From positions 1 through 64,000 of the forward strand of contig CAVXEP010000025.1 in the NCBI GenBank assembly GCA_963760795.1: a DNA stretch of 64,000 nucleotides. Direction: 5' to 3'. The notes beneath the pieces are model-generated. The model searched no databases. It was given only the letters and a program-made list of their open reading frames with translations, and was not told the DNA's origin. The stretch is from an uncultured delta proteobacterium (GTDB taxonomy: Bacteria > Desulfobacterota > Binatia > UBA9968). This document shows, in pieces, positions 61,265 to 64,000 of this stretch; within the stretch, counting starts at the first letter, position 1; every line of letters begins with the position of its first letter. The position numbers and the translations under genes are program-made.

Positions 61265-62366
61265 AGCCGATGCCCCCTTGCATCCTTGCTTGACTGTCCT
61301 TGTAGTGCGCGGCCTGTATCCTTGTCAAATGGCTTCCAAGAATCGCCTGGTCGGCGTCACGAGAAAAATCGCGCGTCTTGAGCCAACTGGACCAGCCCAA
61401 TCTAAATGCGTTTGCACCAGGCTTGCGAAGTTCGCACTTAGGAACCTCTGATGCTTTGAGGATAAGCTGGCAACTAAAGTCGTGAACCGCTCCTGACATG
61501 AGTCGGGTGAGCTGGACCACGGACTTGAACGCCCATCCTGAGGGAAGAAAATCGCAAAATCTCTCGAATTTGAGTGGTCCGATTTTGATTCTAAACCCCG
61601 CCTGCTGATCCCAAGACCTCGAACCTAGAAAAGCACCCATGCCGATTTGATTGTTGCCATCGTCCCCACCAAGACGCGTCCGGTATTCGTCGCTAACACG
61701 CAACCACGCGCCAACGAATTGTTCGATCTTAACCGGGACGTCAAAATAGTCCCGCAGGACTGCTTCCAACGCGGATGCTGAGCACGGCTGCTGTACCAGT
61801 AGTCCGCCATAATGTAACAAAACCTCATCGCCGGTCGCCATTCTGCCTTGAAGCCCTCGCGTCCCCATGCCGACGAAATGGAAAAGGCAATCGGAAAACG
61901 CATCGTAACCGCTTCCGGAAGTTCTCGATCTCTCGTACGCAATGGGAAACCGGTACTTTTCCCACGCCCGATAAAAGAGAGAAATCATGCGATGATTGAA
62001 GATATCGAGGAAGTCGAGCAGCGTTGTGTCTTTGTAACGCACCCGTTCGAGAAGTAGCTCGGTGTAATGTCTGGGCAAGACTCCCGTGAGCCCTGTCAGG
62101 CCCATAAAAGCTACGGTCATCTGCGCCGGAGAGTTTTCATCGGCCGGCCGCGCGACATCCTGCACAGCGCTGGGTGGAAAAGTTAAAGATAGGAGTGAAC
62201 GAAAGCGAACTGCTTCATTGGATGGTGAAGTCTCACCGCCGACCGCACGCCGATTCGGGAAAAGGCGTTCGATCACACGAACCGCTTGAAAGAAATCAAA
62301 TCGAAAACCCTCTTCGTAAAGAATGTGGTCTAGAGGAGGATCTGTTCTCCGGCTCTCGGTGGCCAT
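61212..62366 (-). CDS. tssG: T6SS baseplate subunit TssG
   Basis: FDFFQAVR, FMGLTGLTGVLPRHYT, FLDIFNHR..FYRAWEKY, IEQFVGAW, LGWSSWL. Confidence 0.9.
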   Translation of the reverse strand: MATESRRTDPPLDHILYEEGFRFDFFQAVRVIERLFPNRRAVGGETSPSNEAVRFRSLLSLTFPPSAVQDVARPADENSPAQMTVAFMGLTGLTGVLPRHYTELLLERVRYKDTTLLDFLDIFNHRMISLFYRAWEKYRFPIAYERSRTSGSGYDAFSDCLFHFVGMGTRGLQGRMATGDEVLLHYGGLLVQQPCSASALEAVLRDYFDVPVKIEQFVGAWLRVSDEYRTRLGGDDGNNQIGMGAFLGSRSWDQQAGFRIKIGPLKFERFCDFLPSGWAFKSVVQLTRLMSGAVHDFSCQLILKASEVPKCELRKPGANAFRLGWSSWLKTRDFSRDADQAILGSHLTRIQAAHYKDSQARMQGGIGYEPQPEIPDRQTQRHGS

Positions 62367-64000
62367 CGCTTGAGTGTCTCCTCACGTTGTTGAGTTTTGG
62401 CGATCAGTTGGGTAAAGGAATTCAGTGACGTATAAAGACCCAAAAAACGTTCCAGCACGGCGGCGAAAAGAAAAACGCCACTCCCGACGTATTTCTCTTC
62501 ATCGAACTCTATCGTGACTTCCAACCCTCGGCAGAAGCCGTTCCAGGACATAGAACGCGGACGCCCGACGACCTGCCTCCCGGTCACCGCGGTGATGCCG
62601 GCGATCTGTTGTCGTACCACCGCCGAGTCGGCAACATCATAGAGTCTTAGTATCTCCTGGAGCGCGTCTCGCCCCCCGTCGAATAAAGATAAGTAATTCA
62701 GAGTCAGGTGAGAAATCAGTCGCCACTGAACGCCGCGCCGCGACGGCGCCCGCATGGTTTCAGTTGGCTTCTTTAAGCAGCGAATCCGCGACAACGGTGC
62801 CGCGCCTTCCAACTCGAACTCGCTGCGGTCACCGCCAAAGGGGAGCTTACCAGGGAGATCCCGGTTGCTGCAGGTTGCATGTATAATAACGGTATCGACT
62901 GCCGGTAGGGTCGGGCGAAACTCCAGATCGACCAAGGAAAGATAGACTTCGGTACCGGTATCGCCTTTTTTGGGAGATGGTCTTCGTGCCGCATACCAGA
63001 AGGCCTGCTGGCGTTCCCGTTCCGCCGCATGTTTGAAGGAATAAAAAGGCTGGTATTCGACGGTTTCATCGGTTCCTGGCGTGACGCTGATGACCGAGTC
63101 AACGGCGTAGACCTCCGTAGCGTTCTGACGGCGTACGTCGGGTATCACCTGGTATTCGGTCTGCGCGTGACTTAAACGGATGGGCTCGGCAATCTGGTTG
63201 AACAGGTTCACGATCGGCGCACAGCCCAAACGAAAGGTTTCTTTCGTCACAGGCTGTTCCAGTCGAGGCATTCGATTCAGCAAAATCTGGATCTCGAAGC
63301 CGTCAGCCGATTCATTCTTGATGGCCTTGCTTAGACCCGTCAGATCAAAAAAAAGAAATTTTTCCGGAAAACTAAAATATTCCTGCAACAGACGGTAACC
63401 GAGAAACGAACGTGAGCCGTAAGGTAACAGTCCTTCATCGGCGGCGAAGCCCACGGGGAGAATCGTCGTCGCTGGCAGCCGTACCGCCGTCCTGCTCTGC
63501 GTAGCAGATCGCGGCCGAATGCGGATTTCAATAACGTTGTTGAAAAGCAGCTCATAAAGAGTGTAAGTCAGCCGTGCTTCGCCGTGAATAAAAAATCGTA
63601 GCCGGTCAAGTTCAAGTTCAGCCAGGGACATGCCTGCTAGGCAACGAAGTTCAAGCCTGATCAATCCCAAAGCGGACCGGGGGAGTATTCCCTGACGCGA
63701 CGAGTCCACCGTTTCCAACCCGGCCGCTTCCACTTCGAGTGGCCAGAGAGTGGTTGGATAACAAGTGCGGAATCTGCACGGCGACCCCGCCACAGGCTGC
63801 GAATAGAGCGTAGCCCCTTTTTTAATGGCGTAACCACTGCCGATTTTTCCCTGGTCCGCATCGAGGACAAACTGGACGATGGACATGGAAGGAATCGGCG
63901 CCAGATAGTGGGGGTAGAGGACGTTGAGGAGCGATTCGGTGATTTCCGGGTATTCGTCCTCAATCTTGTGATGCACCCGCGCGGCGAGAAAAGCAAAGGC
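62330..64000 (-). CDS. tssF: T6SS baseplate subunit TssF (5' end outside window)
   Basis: YPHYLAPIPSM, GYRLLQEYFSFPEKFLF, LGCAPIVNLF, WRLISHLTLNYLS, WPPRAG. Confidence 0.92.
   Translation of the reverse strand, partial: AFAFLAARVHHKIEDEYPEITESLLNVLYPHYLAPIPSMSIVQFVLDADQGKIGSGYAIKKGATLYSQPVAGSPCRFRTCYPTTLWPLEVEAAGLETVDSSRQGILPRSALGLIRLELRCLAGMSLAELELDRLRFFIHGEARLTYTLYELLFNNVIEIRIRPRSATQSRTAVRLPATTILPVGFAADEGLLPYGSRSFLGYRLLQEYFSFPEKFLFFDLTGLSKAIKNESADGFEIQILLNRMPRLEQPVTKETFRLGCAPIVNLFNQIAEPIRLSHAQTEYQVIPDVRRQNATEVYAVDSVISVTPGTDETVEYQPFYSFKHAAERERQQAFWYAARRPSPKKGDTGTEVYLSLVDLEFRPTLPAVDTVIIHATCSNRDLPGKLPFGGDRSEFELEGAAPLSRIRCLKKPTETMRAPSRRGVQWRLISHLTLNYLSLFDGGRDALQEILRLYDVADSAVVRQQIAGITAVTGRQVVGRPRSMSWNGFCRGLEVTIEFDEEKYVGSGVFLFAAVLERFLGLYTSLNSFTQLIAKTQQREETLKRWPPRAGEQILL

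Noticed and set aside
1-64000. Widespread pseudogenisation or programmed frameshifting (more than a dozen broken genes including vgrG, tssH and ubiD)
   Set aside because: Breaks are isolated single-base indels in otherwise conserved genes across both halves, typical of long-read consensus error; raw reads are needed to decide

Overview
Two halves split at a 3' tRNA-Gly(CCC) fragment (29732-29777). The left half (1-29.5 kb) is GC-rich and almost entirely minus-strand. Its ~26 kb catabolic run encodes CoxG, a dienelactone hydrolase, two FAD/2Fe-2S pairs with three non-CODH molybdenum-hydroxylase large subunits, a luciferase-like monooxygenase, an atypical alpha/beta hydrolase, two UbiD decarboxylases, an atypical Zn-dehydrogenase, four substrate-binding proteins, a ComD/ComE-like TPP enzyme with a duplicated beta subunit and a bicupin. 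Its spacers carry many palindromic repeats, and it ends at an integrase-less integron remnant and a nucleotidyltransferase gene pair. The right half (29.8-64 kb) is a putative tRNA-integrated island with a type VI secretion locus: tssF-tssG-tssH-vgrG-2xDUF2169-PAAR-Rhs(PD-(D/E)xK toxin)-immunity. It also holds IS3/IS91/RAYT debris, orphan effector-like genes, a cysteine desulfurase, a TssB-TssC fusion and two FHA fusions (FHA-TM-lytic transglycosylase; FHA-GAF-class III cyclase). The most striking features are a PAAR/Rhs pair split at the position expected for Rhs N-terminal autocleavage, and the FHA-transglycosylase/FHA-cyclase module. Single-base frameshifts are very frequent and probably reflect long-read assembly error. 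Gene content resembles Binatia/Deltaproteobacteria-like lineages (inference). All family calls are motif recognition by eye; no searches were run.
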